Shown here in pieces: positions 1 through 12,841 of a DNA stretch of 64,000 bases; positions within the stretch are counted from its first letter, which is position 1, and each line of letters starts with the position of its first letter. This stretch comes from Takakia lepidozioides (taxonomy: Eukaryota; Plantae; Bryophyta), in assembly GCA_030704615.1 (NCBI GenBank), contig CM060732.1:23374001-23438000 (forward strand), in the 5' to 3' direction. Position numbers and translations under genes: made by a program. Below the pieces are notes generated by a model. That model did not search any database. It was not told the DNA's origin and worked only from the letters and a program-made list of their open reading frames with translations.

Positions 1-156
1 ATTTAGAGATAAGCTAGCTGTTAATATAAGACAACTCTTAGTTAAAAATAGATTGTTTCCAGCTGGTTTCATCCAAGCCCTTTTCAAACGGTCATTCATC
101 CAGCGTCTGTCCATCCAAATGTCGAAAAGGTAGGTAGAGCGAATCTAGCCATTACA
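1..156 (-). repeat. 3' LTR of element A (partial)
   Basis: Direct repeat of the right end of 22502-23089; similarity stops after ATTACA at 156. Confidence 0.9.
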
Positions 157-444
157 TATGTAAAACCTCCTGGCACACAGAGGAGCGAGCTCCAGCGAGC
201 TATCTAACAAAACACTATGCTCAAAACAGGGAGCAGTGTTGCCCGAGGTCACACCAAGATGGGATGAAAATACCTCAACAAGGAAAACCTTGCTCTGCAA
301 TTTGAGCGAAGGACAAAACCTTATTGTGGAAAAACCCCATCTTGTGAGGTGTGCAACCTGGAGAACTACAAAGATAAAACAGATGGATCCTAGGTAGGGA
401 GCAGCTGAATAAAAAATGAAGTGTCACGAGTAAGAGTGAGTAGT

Positions 445-1795
445 CTAGGTGACAAGTGAATCAGAGTCAAGTCGAGTGCGCTTCTTTGGAGTTAAAACCA
501 CATGACAATTCTCCACGTTGAGACAAGTCAAATCAAACTGCAGCTTAGAAGGGACAAGTTGTGAAACATGAACAGTCCCTGCAATCTCCGCTGTAGAAGA
601 ATGTTGGGAAAGGAGACGGTACTGTCGACTAGGCAAAATCGCATGTACCAGATAAGGCCCATCGATTCACATCTTGGACTTGGTGACCTGTTTGCCAGGC
701 TGCAAGCGAACACAAACAGTCTGGCCTAGAGAAAAAAATTCAAAGTAAACAACCCTACAGTTATAGTTTCTAGCTTGAGAACCTTGAGAAACCTGAATGT
801 TATGTTTAGCAGTCTCTAACAAACGCAAACGATGAGCAGTGAGTTGAGTAAGAAATTCTTCCCATATGATGGGCTCCTCACCCTGAGTTTGAAGCACAAG
901 GACATGAAGAGAGGTGCGAGCCTTGCGGCCATACAATAATTCAAAAGGAGAAAAGCGAGTGTTGGCATGCACCGAGGTCCTGTAAGCACAGAGTAACATC
1001 CCATTCTTCAATGAGAGCTCCGTTCTTTTCTAACAACTGGCACATGGTTTTGTTGAACCTCTCTGTAAGCCCGTTGCACTAGGGGTTGTAGGGAGCAGTC
1101 AAGCTATGCTTGACATCTAAATTAAAGCACACAACCTCCATCAGCTGGCTACAAAACTCCCTACCCTGATCAGTTAAAATTTCAAGGGGACAACCATGGC
1201 ATAGCAGGATTTCATCAAAGAAGAACTGAACCACCTCATCACTATCCTTAGCAACCAATGGTCGGATCTCAACCCACTTAGACAGGTAATCAGTAGCCAC
1301 ACCAATATTGTAACTATTGCCCTTAGTCGTAGTTTTGAGGGGGCCGACATGATCAAGACCAACTCGGGCAAACATCTCAATCACCGAAATTGGTTGTAAT
1401 TTAAGAGGAGCTACGGTCCTAGGCAGAAGTGTTTTGGACTTATATGGAACACACTTGGAAATGAAATCCGCCACATCCTTAGTTAACCCCTTCCAATGGT
1501 ACTTTTCCTGGAGTCTCTTGACAGATTTGTCGACTCCTAAATGACCATCATATAGTGAGCTATGGTAAAGCTCAAGCAACGCAGGCATAGAGCTCCTAGT
1601 AGGGACCTCCACGACAGTCTCTTGCCCATGAACATGAACTACCTTAAGCAACTTACCTTCATGCTCCCTATGAGAGGGGAGATGATAGTTTACTTGCCTG
1701 AGGCGACGGGAAGAGAGGCCCGACAGATGAGTGTTGGTCTTACACTTCTGGAGGAGGCCTTGGTGAAGTAGGTCTTCCATGTTTACAGCTGCCAT
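445..1795 (-). pseudogene. Element A integrase (degenerate)
   Basis: Zinc-binding region YHSSLYDGHLG...KCVPY, core GLDHVGPL...TDYLSKW...ILTDQGREF...TAPYNP, AYRTSVH...FSPFELLYGR and a GPY motif, split over several frames. No chromodomain seen. Confidence 0.9.
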
Positions 1796-1983
1796 AGCCA
1801 GGCCTTGGGTTAGTGTGAGCAGAAAGGAGTGTCCGCCTCAGTGATCTCCATGGTAAGGCTTCAAGCTCAACTGAATGACAAGGGTGACTTCATGAAGATG
1901 CAACCAAGGACAATGAAGCACATAAGCAGATTTCCCTAAGGAGAGGATTCAGTACAAAACCGGAACTAGGAATGACCTGCTAA

Positions 1984-2525
1984 GAGACGTCATCCACTCA
2001 CATAACCACTCTGTGAGTGATATTGTATATTCTCAGTTTTCATAGAATGACTCTATGAGTCATTTTGTGGTCACTCAACAAGTGGTCTCGGAAGTCATTG
2101 AATTTTTCACTCCATCCATTTCGTAGCACTGACACACGACACGTGTCCATGCTGAGAGTGTCGCCACGTGTCGACATAATCTCCAATATCATCCACGGAC
2201 CACCGGCTTACACGTCTCCACTACAAAACGGAAGTGGTTACTTTACCACTATGACACGTCATAAGTGGTTGGTTTACCTCAGTGACACGTCATTGACATG
2301 TCACAGTGGTTAATTTACCACTGTGACACGTCAGCTAACAGGTGGACCCGGACGTGAGTGGTTCGAACCACTGTCCTTAATCACCGGTGCCACGTAATGT
2401 CTTTTACCACTCACTTGTCCTAATGCACTGGTTCTTCATCACTCTGGGGCCAGAGTGGTTTAGTGTATTTTACCACTCAAAATGAGTGGTTAATAGAGTG
2501 GTTATTCCGCGTTTTTCTTCTAGTG
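1984..2525 (-). mobile_element. CACTA (En/Spm) transposon left arm, displaced and inverted
   Basis: 2497-2525 is the reverse complement of CACTAGAAGAAAAACGCGGAATAACCACT and is identical to 16590-16618. Dense ACCACT/AGTGGT subterminal motifs. Left boundary is approximate. Confidence 0.88.
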
Positions 2526-5134
2526 TTCCAAGTCTTGTTAGCCATAGAGAGTTCATTCTTGTGGCCCGTGAATGATTGCTGCAATTGCAGGATGAACCTT
2601 TCCTTCTCAGCCTCAACCTGACTGTACTGTTGAAAAGTATCCTCATTGCGACGGAAAGTAACCTTCAGATCAGCAATAAGTTTCCCCTGCTCTACTATCT
2701 CAGCCTCGGCCATCATACATCTCTCTGCTTGTCTGTTAACTTCTAACGCAGTTTGCTCCAGAGCAGTTGTTAGTATGGCACATTGTATGATCATTCTCTG
2801 ATGAACTGTCTCCAACTCTGTATGAAGCACCTTCTTTTCTTGCAATTTGCCCTCATGCTGCACTTGCAATTGGTATAGCTGCTGCTTATGTGCTTCATGC
2901 AATTTCCCCTGCTCCAGACCCGCTTCAATCAGATTCCCCTTTGCTAGCTGCAGGGCAGCCTTGGTGTCCTCCAATTCTTTCTGCAACTTGAGGTTGGCCT
3001 CCACATCCACCTTGTTTGCACATTCAATGGCAATTCTAGCCTCAAACTCCTGCTTGAGTTTCTCCCTCAAAGCTGCCAATTGTGTAGATGGAACATGGGA
3101 TTTCACATAAGTGCCCAACAAATTGAGTGTCCTGCTTATAGAACTCATAAGCATGGCCTGCTGTGGATCTTCCTGGTGAACTTGCTGCTGTTCTCCCTGA
3201 TCCTCCACAATGTGATGTTTCACCAACCATTCAGGCCATGTTTCCACAAGATCCTCTTCCTGAAGGACCCCATTCTCCACAGGCGTTGTAGTGCCCTTAC
3301 ATTCTACCTCGGGAACCTCCGCCAAAGGTTTGGGTATTACATGCACAGCAGGGATTTCCTTGGACAAACTCTGCACCTCTGGTACCACTAGTTCCTTGAC
3401 CAAGCCAGAGTTTTCATAGAGAAGGTCACCCTTCTCAATGTCTGCCACGACCTGCTCTGTAGTGGGAATGTCCAACCCTTCTCCTTCTAGAGCAATAGGC
3501 TCTGGTGCAACAACATGTACTAACTGAGGGACCTTTGAGACAACCGAGTCAACTAGCTATGATGGCTGTGGTATTGAAGTGACTTCTTCTTCCCTCTCCA
3601 AAGGTCGTGCTTCCAGTAATAACAGCCCTAGGTGTTGCTGTTCCCTATCTTGCACAAGAGCTATGGAAACATCATCATTTCACGGTTTCCTTGAAGCTAG
3701 TGGATCTGCCACTATAGTCGTGTCCCTCTTTTGTCTCTTGGACTGGTGCCGCCCCTCCAATCCACCTTCACCATGTGAAGAGTCCTGCTCCTCAATTGCA
3801 GTAGTTGCTGCCTCAAACACTCCCATCTCCTTACGTTCTCGCGCATCAAGTATGCAAGAATCAAGAATAATTTGCGCAATCACTGGGCCAGACACAATGA
3901 TTGGAGACTTAGCAGCAGTGCCTTGTAACCGCTTCATCTCTTCCACCAAACCATTGTACATTAAGTCCGCCCAAGCCACATCTTCCCCCCTCAAGGCTTT
4001 CAATATCTCCTCCGTGAATGATCTGCTAAGGTATTGTTGGTTCTGTTTCATGGCAAACAGAACAACCTGACCAACTTCTTTTAACCCTAGGTACTCGGCC
4101 TTGGTGCAAGTGTATCCCTGAGTCTTAAAGAAACTCCCTTCTTGGAACAAATTGCCTATCTGCAATCTTGCCCTGTGCTCATCGACATTTACACGGCCTG
4201 AGGGCAATTCAAACAATTGCTGCAAGTATTGGCGAGTAATCTCTATATCTACTCCCCTCACTTGAGTAACTCCCGTCTGAGGTTCAAAGTTCTGAATGAA
4301 TTGTATCATGAACACCCTATGATGCAAAGACCATTCCTTGCGTAGCAGTCCCTCCAATCGCAACTCCTTCCACAGCTGCACTACCTGAGGTGTAACAATT
4401 GTCTTCTTCTGCAGAATCATGGTGCTCTTCACCCTGACATCCTCCATTCCCCGAATTTTCTTCATTCCAGACAAACAAGATGGCCTTGTTTGAAATAGCT
4501 CTAAGAAAGCTTGCAAGGCGAAGAGCATAAAAGTATGGTTGGCACAAAATGGAACGGGTAAGTGCATGTAAGCCTGTGGGGCTTGCAAGTATCGAGTGAG
4601 AGAGAATGTACTCTCAACCCGTCCGTCCTTGCGCCACTGTGTAAGAAGTAAAGTGAGCGTATAATCTGTAATATCCGCCATAGCTACAAAGTTATAGCTT
4701 TGATTGCCCCTCCCGTCGAGACACTGGTTATTCGGAGTCACCCCGACTCTTCCGCTAATAACTCTTCTAATTTCTTGTTCTTGTTTCTTGGAGGGAACCA
4801 CTTGCATGAAATTCTCGCTCCTGATTGGCTGTTGCCTCTTTGGGTAACTTCTTAACTTTACCCTCCTCAGTGAACATTCCCACCTGGAATGTCCACTAGG
4901 ACAACACATGTGGCAAAAATCCCCCTTTTCTGTACTTGTTACTTTTGCCCTGAATGCATTAATGGGCCTACAAATAGTTTTGGCTGATGTACCAGTTAGG
5001 TACTTTGACGGCCCAGTTTGTCCTCTTGCATGATGACACCCACTTTTGCAGTATATGCACCGCGGTGTGCTTCGCCCTAGTGGCCACATGTTCGTTTTTA
5101 GACATGCCTCCGTCTTCCCCTGTCCGCGTGGCAC
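2526..5134 (-). pseudogene. Element B post-integrase accessory coding region, part 1 (CCHC knuckle, plant-transposon-protein-like domain, coiled coil)
   Basis: ORFs 3680-5134 and 2477-3475 share one frame, separated only by TGA (3680-3682) and TAG (3557-3559). Contains CHMCCPSGHSRWEC (CX2CX4HX4C), FIQNF...VRGVDIEIT...LFELP and a long E/Q/L/K heptad region. Confidence 0.75.
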
Positions 5135-5152
5135 ATTCTCCGAGTTTGACTT

Positions 5153-8100
5153 CTAAGCTGTCTTTTCACCCGCCGGCCATTTTTCTGACGTTAACCCGCA
5201 TCCACCTGTCACTAACCCTATGGACTGTACAACCCGCGTGGGCTGTGTTAGGCTGTGACAGGTTGTGTCAGACTGTGCCGAGCGGTGATAGGCTGTGTGA
5301 TGTTGTGATGGGCTGTGATAGACTGTGTGACACTGTGGTGGGCTGTGATAGACTGTGTCACACTGTGGTAGGCTGTAATAGCTATGCGAACACCTGTACT
5401 TTCCGCCCTGGCCATACACACTCGGCTTAATGACAAGTACTCCATACTCCGTTGGTATCACCGGTGCAGCCCGTGACTGTTTCTGTGTTTCAACATGCAA
5501 ATCGTGCCGCAATGGTTTGTCATGGATACCACTGTATCCTTTCAACTTATTGGCATTGACTCTTCCCAACATCTCTTTGTTAATGGTTTGTAACATGGCT
5601 GTGTTGTTATCATACATTTTTTGTATGACATAAGGTCCTTTCCATGGTGATTTAAGCTTAGAAGTTTTAATCTTTCCCTTCTTCTCCAACCACAGTACCA
5701 AATCTCTCATCTTAAAAGTCTTTAATTTACCTTCATCAAACTGATCCTTCCTCCTCATCTGAATTCTGGTCATGTTATCTGCTGCATCAGCACGTATTTC
5801 TTCCACATGGTATAATTCATGTTTCCTGACCTTAATTGAATCTTCCAATTCCATTCTCCTTCCCCATTCAGTTCTCATGGTAGGTAACAAGAACTCCACT
5901 GGAAGTAAAGCTTCCATACCATAAACTAATTGGAATAATGTATACTTAGTGGTGACTTTATATGAAGTCCTGTATGACCACAAAACTGTCAGCAGCTTTG
6001 TATCCCAATCTGTTATGTTTGCATTGACTATCTTAGCCAAGATAGTACATAGTATTTTGTTGGTAGCATCTGCCTGCCCATTATCCTGTGGGTAATAGGT
6101 TGTACTCTTCTTATGCACAATCATGAACTCTTTAGTCAATAGTTCTATGGTCTCATTAATGAAGTAACTTCCCTGGTCACTGATAAATTCCAGGGGACAA
6201 CCAAATCTTGTAAGTATGTTCTCATACATGAACCTTGCTGTAGACTTAGCTGTGTTGTCCCTCAGAGCTTTAGCTTCCACCCACTTTGTAGTATAATCAA
6301 TGGCTGTGATTATATACTTGTTCTGTGTATTTATGGCTGGTGGGTTAATTGGTCCAACAAAGTCGAGTCCCCATTTCTGAAATGGTTCAGTAGGCATCGT
6401 AGGATGCAAAGCCATCTTTCCAGATCTCTGCAATGGTCCTAGCCTCTGACACTCATCACAACTCTTGCAATATTTGTGTACATCCTTGAACAAAGTAGGC
6501 CACCAGTAACCTGCAAGTAGTATCTTTCTACTGGTAGTCTTTTCTCCAAAATGACCTCCAGCCACTCATTTATGAACTTCCTCCAAAACTTTATTTACTT
6601 CATGGTGGTACAAGCATCATTTAAGAACTCCATCAGGTCCTAGCTTATACATTCTGCCCCCTATCAAAGTGTAAGGTAAAACCTTGATAACTATTCTCTT
6701 CCTCTGCTCCTTCCCATAACTAGGTGGGCACTGACCATGAGTAAGGTAGTATCTGATTGGCCACTGCCAATCCAACGAATCATCTGCACTTCCCTACACC
6801 TCCACTGCAAATAAACTCGCATCAGGTAGTTGGTCGTCTACTCCCGTGGCGGGCTCTCCTGTTGGTAGGCGTGACAAGTGATCTGCCACAAGATGCAAAC
6901 GGCCAGCCTTGTAAACAACTTCGAACTCAAACTCGTGCAAGATTATTAACCATCTTGCTATCCTGCCACTTATCAAAGACTTGTTCACCAAATAAATCAG
7001 AGCCTGATGATCCACATAAAACATAAACTTCATTCCCAATAGGTAATGCCTGAATTTCTTGACTGCATATATCATTGCCAATGCTTCTCTTTCAGTTGTG
7101 CTATAGTTCCTTTCAACACTGTTCATCAACCTGCTAGCATAGTACACAGGTGAATCTATGTTTCATGTAACATTTTGGGCTAACACTGCTCCCAATGCTT
7201 CTCCTGAGGCATCACAGTGAACATGAAATACTACATGCCAGTGAATCAGCACAGGTGTAGTTGGTACTGACAATGTAAGTTCCTCAAAGGCTTGTTGATC
7301 ACATTCAGCTGTCCATGCAAACACTGCATCTTTCTTCAGAAGCTTGCTCAATGGTGCTGTTATCTGTGCATACCGTCTGACAAATCTTCTGTAATAACTG
7401 GTTTGTCCAAGGAATCTCCTTAGACTCTTAACATTTCCTGGTGGTAGAGAGGCTTTAATAGCCTCTATCTTTCTGGGATCCACAAGCAGTCCTCTCTTAC
7501 ACACAATGTGTCCCAAAAGTACCCCTGAGTTCACACAGAAAATACACTTCTTTGGATTCAGGCCCAGACCTCTCATCCTGCATCTAGCCAAACATAACTC
7601 CAATTTATGCAAATGCTCATTCTTAGAACTGTACACACTGAAGTCATCTAAGAACACATGCATGAAATCATCCAGATACTCATGGAAAGATTCACTTATC
7701 ACTCTCTGAAAAGTTGCTGGTGCATTACAAAGTCCAAAATGCATTACTTTGTATGCATAAACACCCCAGTCTGTGATGAAAGTTGTCTTTCCCTGGTCTT
7801 CTTCTACCACTTGCACTTGGTTATACCCACTGAAGCCATCCATGAATGAGTACATCTCATGGCCTGCCACAGTGTCCAGCACCGCTTCTGTGAATGGCAA
7901 AGGGAAGGGATCTTTCTTTGTACAAGCATTCAACTTCTTATAGTTCACACAGACTCTCAGTTTACCATTCTTTTTGGGAACTATCACAATGGGTGACAAC
8001 CATGTTGTATACTCTATCGGGTATATCAACTTAGGCTCAGCCAACTTCTTGATCTCCTCCCCAACCTTCTGTGCATAGTTGGGATTCATTCTGTACCTTG

Positions 8101-8311
8101 CCTGTTTGATTGGTACTGACCCTGGTTCCAGTTCAATCTTATGCTGACAGATCTCAGGTGGTATCCCTTTCAGATCCTTATAGCTCCACGCAAATACATC
8201 TTTGTATTTGATGAACAAACTCTTGGCTTCCTCAAAGAATTTTGGCTCCAAGTCAGCCCCCACTTTCACCATTCTCGGTTCCTCCTCAGTTCCTACATTC
8301 ACTTCTCTCAC
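5153..8311 (-). pseudogene. Element B pol: RT, RNase H, integrase
   Basis: RT motifs WLSPIVIVPKKNGKLRVCV, FGLCNAPATFQR and VFLDDF; RNase H motifs CDAS...ERNYSTTEREALA; integrase motifs GGHFG...CDEC, WGLDFVGP, ISDQG and WKGPY. One frame with a few point stops. No second (archaeal-type) RNase H seen. Confidence 0.95.
5240..5380 (-). repeat. 10-bp-period (30-bp higher-order) tandem repeat related to the element B LTR repeat
   Basis: Units ggctgtgata/gactgtgtga/cactgtggtg; the reverse complement resembles the acagcccgac/acagtctatc units at 11995-12135 and 18405-18548. Confidence 0.8.
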
Positions 8312-10470
8312 TTACAGATAGTACAGTGTTTCTCCTTCATGTGGCATTCAGCTGTGGTATGGCCTTCATTCTGGCATTTTGCACATCAAATACCCTTCAT
8401 CCAATGTGTTGCAGCCTTTGTGGCATACTTCTTCAAGATCTCCTCCAGCCTTTTCTCATAGTTTTCTCTCTTCAACTTTCCTTCTTCTTACTCTTCCTTT
8501 TGAGCTCTTGCTCTTCTTCCTCATCTGACTCCTCTTCAGAGTCCGCATCATCTCTTTTCTATCTTCTGAGCATCCCCAATTGCTCAATTCTGTTGGCTAT
8601 TTCAAATGCCTCTTCCACTGTATTATGGGGTAGCATGTCCACTTTCTTTTGTAATTCAGGTCTTAATCCACTCACAAACCAGGTCTTCTGTAACCCTGGT
8701 GCTGGCACAGCAGCCAACTTTTTCATCATCAATTCCATCTTTTCTATGTACTCCTCAACAGTTTCATGCTTCTTTTGCTTTAACTGTTGCAAACTCCCAT
8801 ACACTTCATCCTCAGTTTTACTTGTCCTAAACCTGTTTCGGAATGTTGTACTAAGGCCATTCTAGGTTAGGAAATGATTATCAGGGAATCTTGCATACCA
8901 TTCACTTGCTTTCTTAATAAGTGAACATGGGATCATCGCCATTTTCATTGTTCACAATACACATGTGGTCCAATTGGCTGATGTGTACATCAGGATCCCC
9001 TTTTCCTGCATATATTGGAAAAGGTGGTTTTGCCCGTGTTGGTTGTACCGCCATCTGCAGCCCTACACCCTGCCCACTGACAGGTGCTGGTCCCCCTGCT
9101 GGTGCTGGTCCTTGAGGACCTGTTGTGTAGTGGTGGAACTCCCACCAGGTGCTAGCCCCTGAGCACTGCCTGCTACTGGCCCCACTATATTCACAGTATT
9201 CCCAGCTCCAGTTGCACTACTTCCCACACTCCTTGTCCCCTCAGAGCCAGATCCAGGCTGCCCGCCTGATCCCCCTGAGCCGACACCTTCGTTGGCCTGT
9301 GATCCAAGTGCTCCACTTGATCCAGGTCCAACAGGTTGGGATGTCTTGGTTGTAGTCTCAACCTCAACTGTTGGGTCTACTTCTTCATACTCTTCATCTT
9401 CCAGTTTCTTCTCTATGTTTTCATCTTCCAAGTTCTGCTCTTGGGTTTCTTCCTCTTCACTCATGTAACTCAATTGCAATGGTGTTGAAGAGTCTGAACT
9501 CTCCGTTGGCTCTGCCACATCCTCCCCTTCTTCTTTGTCTTCCGTTTCAGAAACTGGAGTTTCTGCTTTTGGTGTTCCATGCCAACTCTTATCAAAGATT
9601 TCTGTCAAATCTTTTATCCAAGGATGTACCTCAAATCTCTCCCCTCGTGGCTGATCTTCTTCCTATACCAAATCCCTTAATCTTTCTTGTAAATAATAAG
9701 AATGAGTGGCATCCAACTCTGGTTCCTCCGGTATGGGTGATGTACTCTCCGATCTTAATGGTGTGAGAGGTCCGGATGACTCCCCTATGTCTATTCCTCT
9801 CTCCTAAAGATATGGATAATTAGCTTTCAAATAACTCTCTCTCTTTGCTGAATATCTTTAAAGTCGAGCTTCTCTTTCATCACTCATGTCCCATGTCTTT
9901 CATATCTTCAATGAGGCAATAACCAAAACTCTCTTCTGTAGTATCTCTCACATATGCCTGGGTTTCTTTCAAGCTTCAAAGCACCCTTGGCTATACTAGA
10001 AGTCTCTGTTACCATATACCCATATGGCAAACATGTTTGGAAAGCTGTTCTTGGTGTAAGTTTGATCCACAAGATATCCTTGGGAATCCAATTCTTTACC
10101 AGTACCAACTCTTCATGCATATGAGTGTAAACATTCACTTTCCATTCCTCCCAACCTTCAAACTCCACTCGTTTTATGGATAGCAACGCTATCACATAAA
10201 CCAGCGTTGATAACCAACTTGCTCTCCCTCTACATGCCACTTGATAAATCTTTATCACTCCTTTCTCCAGACCCCACTCAGGATCTGCATCATGCACTCT
10301 CTTAAGAATGTTTTCCTTGCAACCGTCTGGCAGTTCCAAGAATCTCTGAAAGAATTGCTTCGACAACCTTTCTTTCTCAGTTCCATAGGGAATTTGATTC
10401 ACATCAAATTCTTTAATTCTCCAACCACCATGATCCCACCAGATGCCTGTCACATCTGGTTGTTCTTGAC
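8312..10470 (-). pseudogene. Element B gag with a long N-terminal region or extra 5' ORF
   Basis: Capsid-like YAGKGDPDVHI...LKQKKHETVEEYIEK and knuckle CAKCQNEGHTTAEC. Acidic and Gly/Ser-rich N-terminal stretch at 9063-9608; upstream ORF 9908-~10480. Confidence 0.75.
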
Positions 10471-10475
10471 CCAGT

Positions 10476-10493
10476 TCCCCAGTATGGTCGCCA
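10476..10493 (-). promoter_or_regulatory. Primer binding site of element B
   Basis: The LTR end ...GACA is followed by TT and then TGGCGACCATACTGGGGA, which resembles tRNA-Arg-type PBSs of non-chromovirus gypsy elements. Confidence 0.7.
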
Positions 10494-10954
10494 AATGTCG
10501 AGCGGTTTTTACTCACCCATCCCTTCGCTATCCAAGGTGGAAACTCCAAGATAGAAGAGTTGGATATCTCTAAGCACTCAACCCGCTCAGAACAATCAGT
10601 CATGACCTACAGCTAGTGAATCATGGTTGTGCTTCCTATTTGTATTTCTTCTTGCCTTCATGTTAGCAATTTACCTTACTGTGTATACTGAAGCATCAGT
10701 TTGCTTCAGTATCTACTAGGTTCCATTCACTCATCCATTCATTCCACAACTTTACTCATGTCTCTCTACACAGTGTGATTGTATCGAATAAGTATCAGAT
10801 TATGATTTATCAGGTATCAAGCCAATGCCTTGGTGTCTCCAATCTGCCCTACAGTATCACTACAGCTTTGCATGTAACAAGCATCTACTGTTCATCTTTC
10901 CTCTTTCACCGTACTCTCCATCCTTGCTCCCGTTCTTGCTCTCCGCCTGATCTC

Positions 10955-11853
10955 GAAAGGCACAGTCCAGCAGAGAAAAAAGAGAGATATCATACCTGTA
11001 ATATGACCTCAGTGGCTGGACAACACTTTAAAACAATCTCAACCAGCAGAAAAGAAAAGCCAATCCCATTCAGACATGAGATCTGGTGGAAGAAAAGGAA
11101 TAGTAGCAAACAAAGCAAGTAAATCAGATCCTTCAGGAGTGGAGGAAGGCAAGGGTGATGCACTAGATGGTAAGCAGTGTGCAAGGTCATCGAAGGTAAC
11201 ATAAGGGGTAGGGGACTTAGTCTCGCTTCGTGTAAGAGCATCTGCATTGCTGTTGGCTTTGCCCTTCTTGTACTGAATGTCATATTCAAACATTTGAAGA
11301 GTAAATGACCACCGAGCCAAGCGTCCCGAGAGCGCACGAGGGGTTTTGAGAGCCTTCAAAGAAAGATGATCAGTCTGAACAACAAAGGGGCAGCCATGTA
11401 GATACTGCTTGAAATGTTTCACCCCAAAAATGATTGCAAGTCCCTCTTTATCAGTAATGCTATAGTTCTTCTCATGTTTGTCAAGCCGCCTGGAAGCATA
11501 GGCCACCACATGTTCCCGACCGTCTTTCTTTTGGCATAGAATAGCTGAAACAGCCAGGTCAGAGGCATCAGTCTGAAGAATAAAGGGCAATGAAAAATCA
11601 GGAAAGACCAGAATGGGTGCACTGGTGAGGGCTATTTTGAGTTTCCGGCCCCAAAGAAAGCGAACATCTTTGCATAATAACTGGTTAAGCGCAGCGACAA
11701 TGTGAGCAAAGTGTTTAATGAAACGACGATAGTTAGACGCTAACCCAAGGAAGGCACAGACACAATTCTTGTCACAGACAGCCTGAATTTTGGCAGGGTC
11801 AGGGCTAATGCCTTTAGCTAAGAGAGGTGGCCAAGAAAATGAAGCTCCATCAT
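10955..11853 (-). pseudogene. Element A RT C-terminus and RNase H
   Basis: MELHFLGH...PDPAKIQAV and PFILQTDAS...VVAYASRRLDKHEKNYSITDKEGLAI...TDH...NADALTR. The sequence continues RT from 19205 across the B insertion. Confidence 0.9.
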
Positions 11854-12337
11854 TGTTTAGAGGGCTGTTTGGGACTTAGACGCTTTTACGGGTTCTGTGG
11901 GGTACCCTTAATTTTGCGCAGACTTACAGATGGTAGACTTAGGCCACACAGGTTTAGGGGTGGTAGACAGGCTCACATAGTCAAGTCATGGGTTATTACA
12001 GCCCGACACAGCCCGTCACAGTCTATCACATCTTATCACAGCCCGACATAGCTACGCACAGCCAGTCACTGCACGACACAGCCCGACACAGCTTTACACA
12101 GCCAGTCACAGCTCAGCACAGTCACAGCCCAACACAGTTTAGGGTCACAACGGACGGAGGGGAACGGTTATCATTAGAAGGGAACTATTGTGTGGGAACG
12201 ACATCTGCAGAGGGAACGTGTTACTTCAGGGGTGACAGTTAGTTAGTTAGGTGGTTAGAACAGCTTGCAGGTAGATTAGGCAGAGCAGCACCAGGGAGGG
12301 GATCACTTCACGGGGAGCGCTTCTTGGACATGCAGGA
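11854..12337 (+). repeat. Element B 5' LTR, first half (cut at a rearrangement breakpoint)
   Basis: Starts TGTTTAGAGGGC and matches 18265-18746. Preceded by ATCAT (11849-11853); the 3' LTR is followed by GTCAT (19205-19209), a 5-bp TSD with 1 mismatch. Confidence 0.93.
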
Positions 12338-12841
12338 CCCACAGAGTGGTGTGTAAGCTATTTGAGTCATTCACGGTGTCTCTCTGAGTGGGAACTATTG
12401 ATTGGAGTCATTACTAACAGAGTGGTGTGTAAGAGATTAGGAATACCACTGGAGGAATTCATACCACTAGTATAGTAATATATATGTGACTACTTATACC
12501 ACTATACAAGTGGTAATGTAAGCAATTGTGTGCATTTGGCTACTCCCACAGTTTTAAATTATACCATTATTACAGTGATGTGCAAGTGATTATGAACATG
12601 ACTAGAGGAACACATACCACTAGTGTAGTGTTTAAAGAAGTACCACTGGGGATTCAAGCTCCACAAAATAGAATAGAATCCCAGAGAGTTAAGTGCTGGA
12701 ACACTGTCAACAAAATCCAGCCATGATAAAAGCACTAAGCCTAACTTCTACACGGCGTCTCCGCATGCATGCTAGGAACACTGAACTGCTTTCATGCCTT
12801 CTTCTCACTGCCAGTAATGTCTATGCCCGGGCGAACGAAAT

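Larger units (their letters stand above)
2526..10954 (-). mobile_element. Ty3/gypsy element 'B': 3' half of the 5' LTR plus internal region (inverted, displaced segment)
   Basis: 10496-10954 is the reverse complement of ~18750-19204. It is followed on the minus strand by PBS, gag, RT, RNaseH, INT and the extra ORF, ending at the CACTA TIR. Confidence 0.92.

Noticed and set aside
5153-5165. Programmed readthrough signal at the integrase stop
   Set aside because: The context TAG-AAG-TCA lacks the CARYYA motif, and similar TAGs elsewhere look like C>T decay. One copy cannot settle it.
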